Below are positions 25,701 to 38,389 of a DNA stretch of 64,000 nt, piece by piece. The notes under the pieces were generated by a model. That model did not search any database. It was given only the letters and a program-made list of their open reading frames with translations, and was not told the origin of the DNA. The translations under genes were made by a program, and so were the position numbers. Origin of the DNA: the human T2T-CHM13v2.0 reference genome, Homo sapiens; NCBI RefSeq assembly GCF_009914755.1, contig NC_060926.1. The stretch is one strand, 5' to 3'. Positions within the stretch are counted from its first letter, which is position 1. The number at the start of each line of letters is the position of its first letter.

Positions 25701-25960
25701 TGGAGGATGAGCTGGCCGCACAGCTATCCCAGAGAAAGGGTGTAAAGTGTCAAACATTATGGTTCTCAAAATGAGAAAAGAAAATGAAACTGATCCCCAC
25801 CCTGCACCCCACACAAAAACCAAAGGCTTAAGTATGAAAGACAAAACGTCAAAGGCCTTAAGAGAAAATATACAAGGTTATCTTTATGGCCTTGAGGTAG
25901 GGAAGGTTTTTTGGTGGTTGTTTTGTTTTTAAATGAAATATGAAAAAGCACTAACCACAA
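22780..25960 (+). mobile_element. Highly degraded L1ME-like ORF1/ORF2 relic, interrupted at ~23760-24075 by an inverted L1 3' fragment
   Basis: A-rich L1-like motifs (ggatataaaaataaaatataaaaatcaactgca, gtacaagacctttatagagaaaattataaa, caatgcaattccaatcaa). Boundaries approximate. Confidence 0.65.
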
Positions 25961-27193
25961 AAGAAAAGGTCTGTGTTTTGTCTTAGTCGAGGTGTCATTT
26001 AAGAACTGTTTTTGCATATAACTTTTCTTATGTTACAATATGTGTGTGTGTTTCCAGATCAAGGAAGTCGAGTAAAACACTTCTAAGTAACATTTTTTCC
26101 TTCTTCACTCACTAAACCTTTACTGAACTCCAACTAAGTGCCCAGCACCAGGCCAATAAAGAATAAAAAGACAGGAGGAGCAGAGGTCTTTTCTTCTGGA
26201 CCCTGGAAATCCAGGCTGGGGAGAGAGCACACATCACAGGGCAGGAGCAGCAGCCCCTCAGCCACTGTGTTGGGCACGCAGGGCCCCTCCCAGCCACCTG
26301 GCTCATCTGATGTGGGAGCCCACGGAGAGCAGAGAGCACCCCCCAAAGTCCCCGCCTGATGGGGCACCAGAGCTCTGCCCGCTGCCTGATCCTGCCCAAA
26401 CTCTGAGAATGCCCCTGGTTATAACCCTCCGTTTCCCTACTGTACACACTGGTGCACAAATCTGCATAAACCCTCACTTCATAATCATCCTTCAAATTAC
26501 ACCTAACCTTATCCTCTTGATGGTTCACCACTTCCTAAATTTTAAAACAGCATCGTGATCTTTACTCACCATTTTTGAGTTAAGGAAAACAAATGAGAGA
26601 ATAAAATTAACAAAGTTCTATCAACTACAGAAAAGATCTTATTTTCTAATCCAATTACGGCAAATAAAAAAGGCATCAAGAGTTAATATAAATGTACACT
26701 CCATTGAAATGGCTTAATCAAAAGACACAACATTAACCAGGAAAAATTCACTCAAGTCTTGTCATTCAAACTTAAAATATATCAACATTTTTACTAAATT
26801 TATTTTTTTTCAAATGTGCACTAACATTTTCCATGTTATCAGACTTTACTCTTACCTAGTTCCCTGTCAGCTGAGCTAATTCCTTAACTATAAAGAAACA
26901 GAGCACCCTAAGGCCAGGCTGTGGGGACACCCAGAACCAACGGCACGTGACATGAAGCACCAGCGACATGGGGACACCAGCACCAATGGCGTGAGGATGT
27001 CCAGCACCAATGAGTGGCCCATTTTATGTGGCTGAAGGACACCTTCTGTGTGGACTAGGGAGAATATGGTAAAACTGGAGACCCTAGGAGTCTTCCATAT
27101 CACCCCAAGAGAGTTTTGGAGAGAAAGGGGATTTAGAGTGTCAATCTTTAGAAAAATCAAACAGGCAGGGCAAGCTCCTGAAATGGGAGTAGG

Positions 27194-27380
27194 CACACAC
27201 ACACACACACAGGCACGTGCGCACAAGCAGTCACGTACACACATGTACGCACACACAACCACACATGCGCGCACGCATGCATTCAGTTCGCACGCGCATG
27301 CACACACACGCACGCACACACTCACATACGCACTCACGTACGCACACACGCGCACGCACTCACACACACACCACACACGC
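27194..27380. repeat. Imperfect (CA/CG)n alternating purine-pyrimidine tract
   Basis: cacacacac...catgcgcgcacgcatgc...cacgcgcacgcac directly visible. Confidence 0.9.
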
Positions 27381-28587
27381 TCCCGTGTTTAGTGTGTTTC
27401 TAGGGCACTATGGGGAGGGCCGGGGTTCTATACAGGGCCTGGCCCACCTGAAAGTCCATGTGAAAGGCAGCCTCCAGGGCTCCTATCAAGTGGGTGGCTT
27501 CGCTCATTCACTCAGGAATTTTTCGTGGCACAGTAAGGCAAGGGGTGGGGATTTTTCTTTAAAAGCTTTATCCAATCATGACTAATGGAATAAGTGAGCC
27601 AGGCCTCAAGAAAACCGAGGACAAAAGGAAAGAGCCGTTCAGAAGGCAGCGCCTGCCTCCACCTGCTGGTGCGTGCCCGGGACAGGGAGGACGGCAGGTT
27701 TTACCAAGCACTTTCAAACAGAAATCCAAGTTCCCAACAAAGAAAACCCCAAATACAATAGTCCCTGGGGTCCTTGTTCAGCCCCCTTTTGACTGGGACG
27801 CTGCCGTCGAGTGCCAGGGGGTGTTATGACAAAACTGAAAAGCATGGCGGGTAAGAACGTTCCAAGGCATGGCTCGCCTGCCAGGGCTGGCCCGGGCTGG
27901 CCAGGGCCAAGTGCACACGGGGATGGGCCTTGCCAGGCCAGCTGCGACACCACAGGCTTGCTGAAAATAGCCGGTGTTTGTTTACATGGCCTGGGCTGAG
28001 AGCCTGATCGCCCTCAAAGAGGGGTCCCCTGGGTGGCGGGGGGCCTGAGGGCACACAGGAAGAGCTGCAGTGGGATTTTCAAAGAAACGTCATCATCTAG
28101 AGACCCTGGAGCTCTGGAAAGCAGGAAGGCCGCTAGGTCGCCCCTCTGGAACTTTGGTTTTCATGGGTGTCAATGCGCAGCAACCCACGGTAGGGCCCGA
28201 AGCCAGCCTGCTGCTCAGGCCTGGAGAATGAAAACAGCTTTAAAAGACAACCTACAATTAACACAGGGACAATTATCTTCCTAATTTAGGTTAATTTCTA
28301 CTTACAGCCCTAGCTGGCAGGTCGGGGGAAGGGCAATATCTATGTAAGAGCTTCTTATTTGGTTCTTCTAAGTCCACACAGATATCATAAAGAAGATTTC
28401 CAGTGTCCACCATCGCCTTCTAGAAAAGGGGCCTAAGCTCAAGAGTCCCAGCTAGCTGGGCCTTCTCCCCGGGAGCCGCCGATTACATTTGCATGAAAAT
28501 AGAACCTTTGTTTGCAAGAGTTCCCGCTCCAGTGGATCCCTCCTTTGTCTGCAGCACAGCAACTGATGGGGCAGGATGCTGGTGTGT

Positions 28588-28723
28588 GCACACAGCCCAG
28601 CTCAGGACAGCCACGCCAGGGGCTGCGCGCACGGCCCAGCTCGGCCCAGCTCAGCCCAGCTCAGGGCGGCCACACCAGGGGCTGCGCGCACAGCCCAGCT
28701 CAGGACGGCCACGCCAGGGGCTG
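28588..28723. repeat. GC-rich minisatellite, 3 copies of a ~40-bp unit with an internal GCCCAGCTC expansion in copy 2
   Basis: gcacagcccagctcaggac(a/g)gccacgccaggggctgc units directly visible. Confidence 0.85.
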
Positions 28724-31639
28724 TGCTTGCCCATCGTGGCAAGGCAGGCAAGGGGACGGCCAGGATGGTAGGTGGGGCCCCAGGTGTTCCGGTGTTTTGT
28801 CAGTGTGGCTGGGGACTCCCAGCCGGGCAGGTGCTGCAATGCGCTGGCTCCCAGAGCACCTGCAGAAGCAGTCCCAGGGGACCCTGAGGTCACCTTCACC
28901 TGGTACGGCAGAAGACAAGATGCCCTCGCTCACTGCTCTCTGCGTTCGAGGATAAACCCCTTTCTAGCACTGGCTGTTTGTTAGATGTGTGACAGAAAGA
29001 CCCTGGAGAGCTTCTGCACTGAGATGGGCAGTGGAGGCTGAGCCCCGCTGTCCATCTGGAGCACAGAGCCAAACAAATCTGAAGGGCTGGCAGTGACCCC
29101 ACCACTCCAGCGAGAAACCAGTACCCCTGTGGGCATACTTGGCAGGGCCCAGAAAATACAGACCCACCAACCCACATCTAAAATGCATCTCTTTACTTCC
29201 AGAAAAGCAAGTCAATATATCCTATCTGGGAACTCGAGCCAAGTAATGGGTCAGGTCAAATAAGGCATGATCCAGTGTCATGAACTAGCAGACTAAGGCG
29301 GGAGGCTGGGTTGAGAGGATACTGTTTCTTTTTTGTTTCTTTGTTTGGAAGGGGGGTGATGGAAGTTCATTACCAGAAGCCAAGGAGGCTCTCTTTCACC
29401 AGGTCTCTCACGTGGACCTAGACCGTCCTTTTAATACCCAAACAGAAATTACAAGAGACTAAAAGCTGGGTGGAAACAGGTATGCAACAGCACTAAGAGC
29501 AAAACCTTGCTCAGGCCTTTCAGTGGGAAAAAGAACATTTCCGATTTGAAGTTATCACTCAATAAATAGCAAGCTCCATTAGATACAGTTTTACTTAAAA
29601 AAATAACAGCTGAATGTCCCTATAGACATGAAATGAGACCACCCACCTGGCCTTCAGGTTCAGGTGTGAGGCCAGCGGCCAGCTCCCAGGTAGCCCAGAA
29701 TCCCTTGGAAATGACTTTCCTTCCCAGGTACCTGCTCCAGCTGGGTCAGTCCTCACAAGGCGTTTCCCAAAGGGCATCCCGTGAGGAATTTGTGTCCATG
29801 GGATACAAATTCCCTGAAATAATAAACTGGACAAGTCTCTTCTCGACAGATCCCAGCTGGCTTCTCTACTCGGGAGCTTCCCAGAGCTTGAATGTAGCAG
29901 TTGCCTTCTGAATTTCTCTGAGCTTCCCCCAAAGGGGTTTGACCAGGGCCTGTCCCCTGCCCTCGGTTTTTATGGTGAATAACTGCAAACACCTTGCAAA
30001 ACCGCAGGGTCCCAGAAAACCCTATTTGAGAAGGGCCCTACCCTCCACAATCAAAGGGGGATACAATCTACCCCAGCAGGGGCGGAACATTAACAAGGGC
30101 GGAGAGCAGCAAAGGAGCGTGGGAGAAAGGTCACATTCTTGCTACCATGAGGTAGTTAAGGGGTCAAGAGCCAGGCAGAAGCTGAGAGCAGGAGCCCGAG
30201 GCCCACCTGCTTATGGACACAGGGATCCCCAGACCAACGCACAGGGCACCTCCAGGCTTCCTGCAGTGGCTACGCACAGGGCATCTCTGGGCTCTCTCCA
30301 GCTGATGCGCTTCTAGCTGCTGTGCCTGGCCACGTGGTTTTCCTGTTTTGGGTCCACTGCACCCTATACTGGGAGGCTAACCTGTATCACCTGGACATAC
30401 AGTTTACGTGCTCCCAAAATACCTGCACTCAGCGGATGGCATAAAAACCTGACGGCGAGAACGCCAGCCTCCTTCCTCCTTACAAAACCTTTCTAGTGGG
30501 AAAACATTTAACAAGTATTTGCTAAGCACCTGTTAGGGCCCTAGAACTCTAAAAGTAACAGGAGGACTTTAAATCATCCACTTGCAATTTACTAACTTGC
30601 CATTTGTTAATTTAACAGAGACATTTCTAGAGAGAACTGGGCCACACAAATACCCGCCCATCGTCTCCCAGCCCACCCTCTGCTGCCTATGGGAGGAAGA
30701 GCAGCTCATTCTCACAGGTTGGGCAGAAAGCTCGTGGATGCTCCGTGCAGTGCAGGGTCGCTGAGGCGTCACATTTACGCTAAAACAGAAGTGCCCCATG
30801 ATCCACCTCTATCACCTCCCAGTGACTCAGACAAGGACCGCAATCACCAGGCAGGGGCAGCCCCTTCTGAACCTGGGCACAGAACACTCAGGGAAGCTGT
30901 CCCTTCGCCGTGAGGACGTGGACACTGGGAGCTCCTGATAGGCCTTGGCAGAGGCCTGACTGATCAGATCTGCACTTTGGAAAGGTTCTGAAAGCTGTGG
31001 ATAGGCTGATAGGGAGTCTGGAGCCTACCTGGCTCCCAGGGCAGAGATGAAAAAAAAGAGAAAGAGACTGCAAGGAGGTCGCGCCACTGTGTTTCAGAAA
31101 CTAAGTCCCCGTTGAAGGTGGAAAGGAGGGAAGAGCTCTGTTAGACCTAGGCTTCTGAGTAGGTGGGGCTCTCTCTTTCTGGGAAGGGACAACAGTAGTG
31201 GGAACAGCTGGGGCACACACAGATGTATTTGTGGGCACCCCAGAATTCCTCATGGCTGAGGCTCAGGATAGCAAGCAGAGCTGGCTCCAGAACAGGGAGT
31301 TGGAAGGAAGGGGAGCAGGTGGGCCTGCCTCGGAGGCCTCGGAGGCAGCACAGCCCACCCAGGCCAGGAGCTCAGCGTCTCAGCTTCCTCATCTGTAAAA
31401 TGGGGCGATGCCACTCCTCCCTCAGGGTCATGTGAGCACCATCCAGGTCAGGACTGTGCGCTCTCAGGACAGGACAGAGGGCCACAGAAGCTAGGCCTCT
31501 GCTCTGACTAAGGGGGTGGGTGTGTGGGAGGCCCGGGAGAGACTGTCCAACGGCTTCGGGACAACGCCCGTCTGATAAGACTTTTAGTGCTAGGGAACAG
31601 CTGCTAAGGGTTTTTTAATAATGTGAAAAGATGATTATA

Positions 31640-32069
<430 letters not shown>

Positions 32070-34456
32070 TCACAGCTGAACCCAGGGTGACAGGACTAGG
32101 AGTCAGAGACTCTCTCCTTCATACGCCTTTGTCCTTTCTAAAACTTCCCAGAGCAAACAGGTCCTCCCTTATCATTAGAAAGGAGAACAATGCACCCTGG
32201 TTTGTTAAAGGAGAAAGCTCTTGGCATTCTCACTTTGTAATTTGCTGTTTCCTTTCAAGCTCAGCCTCTGGGAGGCTTTTCATTCTGTTTTGTGTCTCGT
32301 TTACCATTCCCGTTCAGTTTCATTTTATTTCTTAAATGGACATCCTCACCAAAACCACCACCACCAACAAAATCACTACCAATGACTTTTGCACAAACAG
32401 ACCAAAGAAGTGGGCCACCTGTGTGAGTTCTAGGGAAGCTGTCTCTCCAAACCACATCACAAGTGCCCCCAGAGCCCTTCATTGTCTTTCTCAGCCTCTT
32501 CACTGCTCTGTCACCAACTCACACTTCATTTGCAACAGCTTCTTACAGGGTGCTGAAGGAAGAGCCAGTAATTAGAGCTACCAGGCAATGGGCGCATCTA
32601 CAGAGGGACTCTTCATCTTCACAGAAGCAGCAGAGAGCTGAGGATGCTATCACGCCCATTTTACATGAGGACACTGAGGCACAAAGAGGCTCAGGGATGG
32701 TCCAAAGTTAATCCAGCAAGAAAAGGGGAGCACCAAACTGGAGCCTGCACAGGCTGACCTGGAGCCGTGTCCTTGAGCACTCTGCTTGTTCAATCAGAAA
32801 GCCACCACTCTCAAAGCACACACACACACGCACATATGCAGGTATGCACACATGCACGCACACAGAGGATGTGCTTAGCTGTATGTGTGCCCTGGGCGTG
32901 GACACCAGCACTCTGCCCAGAAGGAGGCCAATACCCGCCTGGACCAGGGTCTCTGCAGACAGTGGCACAGGGCGGTCATGGCCAGTCCTGCAGCGCCCTG
33001 GCCCAGCTGGTTTTCTGGTTTTTCCCCATTTCACTGGCTACAATGGCTCCTTTTTCAGATGCAGGCAGCCAGCTGAGTGCTGACACTCTAATTCTAAAGG
33101 TCACCCCGTGACATTTCCTGCAGCCTCAACTACCTTCCAAGGCCTCAGCAGATCAGGGTCACAATGCTGGCCGGCATTTAAGAGAAACTGCGCTGTTTTC
33201 TTTTTTAGGACTTCGCATTTATCTAATCATTTCTGGATCTTTTTCCTTGAAAATAAGTCACTAAATAACAAACCGAGGCAGCACTGCTCAAATGTGTCCC
33301 CAGACAGGGATGAAATGGGGTGCCTGTCCACTGTCGGGCCCCGGAGCTGTGCTTCAGTCAGGTCAAGGGAGCATGGGAACCAGGACTTTCACCTCCGCCC
33401 GGGAGATTCTTCGGGGCAGATATATTTAGAAAGCGTGGATTAATGATTAATGATTAAACTCACTCACCAGGTCTGTCAAAAGTGGACAGTCCTGGAGCCA
33501 TTTGCCCTAATTTCCCTCAACATTCAATATTTGATTGTCCCCGCCAAAGAAGTGATCAGCTCTCCAGATGGCTCCAAAAGATGTTCGTGGGGCTGCAGGG
33601 AACAAATAAAACTCCCATTTCTGTTTGTTTTCATGTAAAAAAAAAAAAAAAAAAAAAAGGAATTAAGTCTTATGCTGCTTCCTACAAGGGCTGGCCTATG
33701 CATCCTTGGGTCAGGGGCACGGGTGGCTCCCCAGAAGCCTCTGGACCCCATGTGCTGCTCTTTGTAAGCTCTGACAGAAGTGGAGACTGAAGACAAGGCA
33801 ATCACAAAGGTGCCTGAGCCCCCAACCTTCCCACGAGCAGCCAGCGCTCACCCAAACCTTGGCCGCAGGATGAGGCAGGCCCACAGCTCTGTCAGACAGC
33901 AACCCAGGGTCTCTGAAGTGGACTTCGCTCCAGAAAGGGTCCCATGCTGTCCCAGAGAGCAGCGATCCGTGCCACCAACCTGTGGGCAAGCCACAAAGGT
34001 CCCCGCTAGAAGATGGGACCCAGAGCTTTGCATTGCCATTTAACTCAGACACTGGTGTGACAGCATAGGGTTGAGACGGGGTTGCAGAGGTCAAGTCCAG
34101 ACTCTGCGGCTCCCTGGCTGCCCGGCTATGAGCTACTGTGGAGCGGTGCTGTGCTGCGGTTTCCTTAACGGAGGGAATCCAAAGCAGGACATGAGAACGC
34201 CTGTGCATCACCTGTGGTCACTGCTGGCTAATGAGGCCTGGGGATGCCAGGCCCCAATGGTAGCGCCCATCACAGTGCCAAGGACTTGCCTCGGGATTGC
34301 ACCACGCTGTCACCATGAGCCCCATCCCCTCAGCACCCTCTGGGCTCAGCCCCACCTGACACAGGGCTGTGCCACAACGAAGGCCACAAATGCAAAAAGA
34401 AAATCTTAGAAAGACTATGTTTATCACTTTAGAACTTTTGAGAAAATTGAGACCTT

Positions 34457-34471
34457 GAAAGTGAAAGTGAA
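34457..34471 (+). promoter_or_regulatory. ISRE/IRF-E (IRF1/IRF2/PRDM1-type) motif
   Basis: GAAAGTGAAAGTGAA matches the GAAAGTGAAAGT consensus. Motif evidence only. Confidence 0.35.
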
Positions 34472-34775
34472 CTTTCAAAACAGAAAGGTAAATAGTGTTC
34501 TTAGAATTCAAGCGGCAACATGTGCCTCTTCCACAGGGCCCCCAAGTCAAATCATTATTCCCGGTGCCGCGGCTGCTAAGTGCTTCTGTCCCTACATGGC
34601 CACCACTACTGATGCTGAGATGAGAAGACACCAAAAAAAGGCAGGAATTAGCACAATATTGAAGAGATACCTGTGTGTCATGGGTCTTTAGGGTTGCTAA
34701 AATATTTCACAGGATAAAAAAAATTAATGGACTAAAACATAAACAAGAAATTCCAAACCAAATAATTCTCCTCAC

Positions 34776-34900
34776 CAAACATTTGCTGACAGCAAGCTCA
34801 GGGAACAGCAGAGGCCCGTCTCGGTATTCCGGAAGCAGCCAGACCTAAGATCAAATCCAGGCTTGACGACAGACTGGGCTGGTGCCCTGGACAAGCGGTG
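34776..34900 (-). other. Candidate alternative first exon of HDAC4 ending ATG TTT G|gtgagg (5' boundary unknown)
   Basis: ATG at 34782-34780, TTT, then G34776 followed by GTGAGG. The phase-1 end fits the downstream exon, giving MFDGLSGRDQ... Confidence 0.4.
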
Positions 34901-35473
34901 GCTTCCAGAAGCTGGGGGAGCCCCTGGGCATCACGTGGAGATGAGAGAAGATGCTTCCAGAACCTGACACACAGTAGGGATCCGGAATCGCCAGAGCTCT
35001 TGCACCTCAGAGGGAAACAGGGTATCCTGAAGTTCAAGTGCATGCACACCGTGGATACTCTAGGGTCCCAGCAACCCCAGCTATTACAATCACACTGTCA
35101 CTGGGTGAACGCTGTGCACTCTACAGGGGCCTCCTCATTTAGTCATCATAGCCACTGGGGATGCAGGTGCCCCTGCAGCCTCATTCCACCCACATCCGGT
35201 GCACAGCACACACAGGATCAGCAGTGATAGGAACAGCCTGCCACTCTTTACAGAGCCGTGAGACTGTGGCTAAATCATTTATCCAGCACCCAACAACGTG
35301 GAAATCATGACACTCCACCTACAGGGGCTAGGCTAGAAAGGCATTTAATCAAACATTTTAGAATGATTTTCATTTAATTATCTCTCGGAGACTTAACTGT
35401 GTCATATGATGAACAACATTATTTCCTCCTAAATGTACTGAATCCGGAAGCAACCCTTCATGGCCATAGCCTA

Positions 35474-35773
<300 letters not shown>

Positions 35774-36912
35774 TGTCATAGCCTACCTTATTCCAAATAT
35801 CCAAAACCTGGAACTGGGGGCAGCCTGCCACCATGAATATCCTCTCAATGTCAACACATCCACTGCCAACATCAGAGTGAAAATGCCTCATGATTGGTCC
35901 ATCCTGTACAATAGGTTTATTTGTTTTGTTTCAAATGCCAAGTAGAGATATTTAAGTACAGGGACAGAGCGTGGTGCAATGATCAGGACGGAGGTGCCTA
36001 ACAATCCCAATAAAATGCTGACATGGGCTAATCTCAAGCAGATATTCTGATCCCCTCGCACAACCACGGCACTGGGGTGCCGAAACCAGAAGAGACATGC
36101 ACACGAGGCAGGGCGAGTGGTGTTTATTACAGCTGTACAACTGTACAACGGGAGGGCAGCGACACGTGCTTATTTGTATTAATGTTTAACAGACTAAGGG
36201 CCAACATTTGCTTACTGGCTAAGTGATTTTCAATAGGATGCACTGAAACAAAAGCCAATTCCTTGAGTGAGAAGCGTCATGGGTAGAATCACGGAGCAAG
36301 GTCCTGCCCACCTGCACTGGTGGCCTCCCAGCAGCTCTCATAGACCCTGGACCCAGCACAGTCCAGCTGGGGCCCAGGGACTGGCACAGCTGTTCCGCTC
36401 TGCTCCCGGCATGTCACAGGGGAGGCACACACCAGACGAACCAAACCAGCAACAGAGCGGAGAGCCTGCAGGGACGCAGCTGGGGACTAAGCAGATGGGA
36501 GACCGGCAGTCCTGGGGCTCGGGAGACAGGGGAGACAGAGAAGGAAGAGGGGTCCCATCAGAGGACTCCCTGCAGTGCTCCATGAATTTCTCCCGAATTC
36601 CATCTGTAAGTGCCTTTCAATCCATGCCACTGAGGGCATTTCTGCTCCTTGTGACTAAGTGAACTCCTCTAGGGCGTCCCTCTCTCTAACACAGAACTTC
36701 TCTTCCAGTCTCCTCGACAACCTTGGGAAGGAGCATAAATTCAGCAACACACTGATGCTGGCCCAGGCTGTGCGCTGTGAACCTACTCCCATTCCAGTAC
36801 AAGCATCCCCTCTTTTTACCCCAACTGGGAAATTCAAACAGATGAAGCCTCATCCATTCAAATCACTGATAAAGGATGATCCTCAAACTCTCAGTCTAGA
36901 GCCTTCCTGAGA

Positions 36913-37115
36913 GTGCGCTGTAGGTAGCTACTGGCCACATGTGGTTACTTAAATTGAAATTTAATTTAATTTAATTTGAAATCCAGTTCCTCGGCCACAC
37001 CATCCATGTGTTGATGTGGCTGCTGACAAGCTCAACAGTCAGGCATGACCAGTGGCTGCCCCGATGGGCATTGCTGCTATGGACCATTTCCGCCATCGCA
37101 GAAAGTCCTGGAGTG
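36913..37115. mobile_element. MER3-like hAT-Charlie MITE
   Basis: gtagctactggccacatgtggttacttaaattgaaattt...tccagttcctc...ccatttccgccatcgcagaaagt resembles the MER3 consensus. Confidence 0.7.
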
Positions 37116-38072
37116 GAGGACCAAGGAGGCCTCTTCTTTATAAAGCCCTCTTTGTATCCCAGTGTCTTTTCCTCTTTTTCCAAATGAGCAGGAAAAAAAA
37201 AAAATTCCCAACTGAACTTGACTCTGCTCCACCCATGTGGATGAAGCCAGGCTGAGCTTCCCTGCAGAACAGGAATGAAGACACAGAAGTGGAAATAGCA
37301 CACCTTTGTTTCCCGGAGAACCCCAGGAGCTGTAAAAACACCCGAACTCCCCTCTCCGGTTCTTACAGAATTTTTCCGACTGCTCTTTCCTTCTTTATCC
37401 TCTTCCATAATTGCACGCTGCGTGATGGGAGGGAGAAGTGAAAGAGAAGGGAAAGAAGCTCGTTTTCCTCATTCCGTACATCGTGTCCACGCAGTGCCAG
37501 GAAGGGCTGCAGAGAGGAACGTCTTCGGGGTCCATATGGGACCCCTCCCTAGGGCAAGGGCCCTTAGCTCTGGGCTTCTCTTTTCCTGGGGCTGCCCGTC
37601 CAGAAGGACAAGCCCTGCCCCCTCCTCCGGGCTCCAAGAGCACTGCTCATTCCTCCTGCTGCTGCTGCTCAGCCGGGTCCCTCAGCCCCGGCGGGGAGCA
37701 AGGCCTTCCTGCAGCAACCCCTCAGGCCAAGCATAGCCAGCACCCCTCATGCCCCTCATGGAGCCAGCCGGGCACCACCCCCTTACTCAGCGGCAGAAGG
37801 CCCCTTCTGGAAGGGGGTATCTCCCTCTTCCCAGCCTCTGGTTCTAAAGTCGGTCTCCCATCCCAGCCACGACGAGGGGCGATGGTGGGGCGTATGCAGC
37901 GTGGGAACTGACCCTGCCGTGAACATTCCTCCTGCCTGCTGAGTCCTCGATCTGCTCTCAAAGTAACAGCTCCAGGGCGAGAGCAGCAGCCCACGGCCAG
38001 TGATGCCAGGCGAGGCCAGTGATGCCAGGCGAGGCTCCCACACTGGCCCACATTTCTAAATTCTGCTGGTGC

Positions 38073-38389
38073 TTTCTTTTTTTTTTTTTTTTTTTATTTT
38101 TCTCTCTTGAAACAGGGTCTCCCCTCTGTCACCCAGGCTGGAGTGCAGCGGTATGACATGGCTCACTGCAGCCTCGACCTCCTAGCTCGAAGGATCCTCC
38201 CACCTCAGCTTCCTGAACAGCTGGGACTACAGACGCATACCACCATGCCCAGCTAATGTTTTTAATCTTTTCTGTAGAGAGGAGGTGTTCCTATGTTGTC
38301 CAGATTGGTCTCAAACTTCTGGCCTCAAGCAATCCTCCTGCCTCAGCCTCCCAAAGTGCTGGGATTACAAGTGAGAGCCACTGTAGGCC
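38073..38389 (-). mobile_element. Alu SINE (AluJ-like)
   Basis: Poly-T followed by a reverse Alu body ending gggattacaagtgagagccactg. Confidence 0.92.

Noticed and set aside
27655-27670. CTCF-like motif CCTCCACCTGCTGG (similar near 44914)
   Set aside because: Only partial matches in GC-rich DNA; cannot be supported without a PWM scan or ChIP data.
27961-27970. MEF2-like site CTGAAAATAG suggesting HDAC4-MEF2 feedback
   Set aside because: It has a mismatch to CTA(A/T)4TAG. Other near-matches lie in Alu linkers and are expected by chance.
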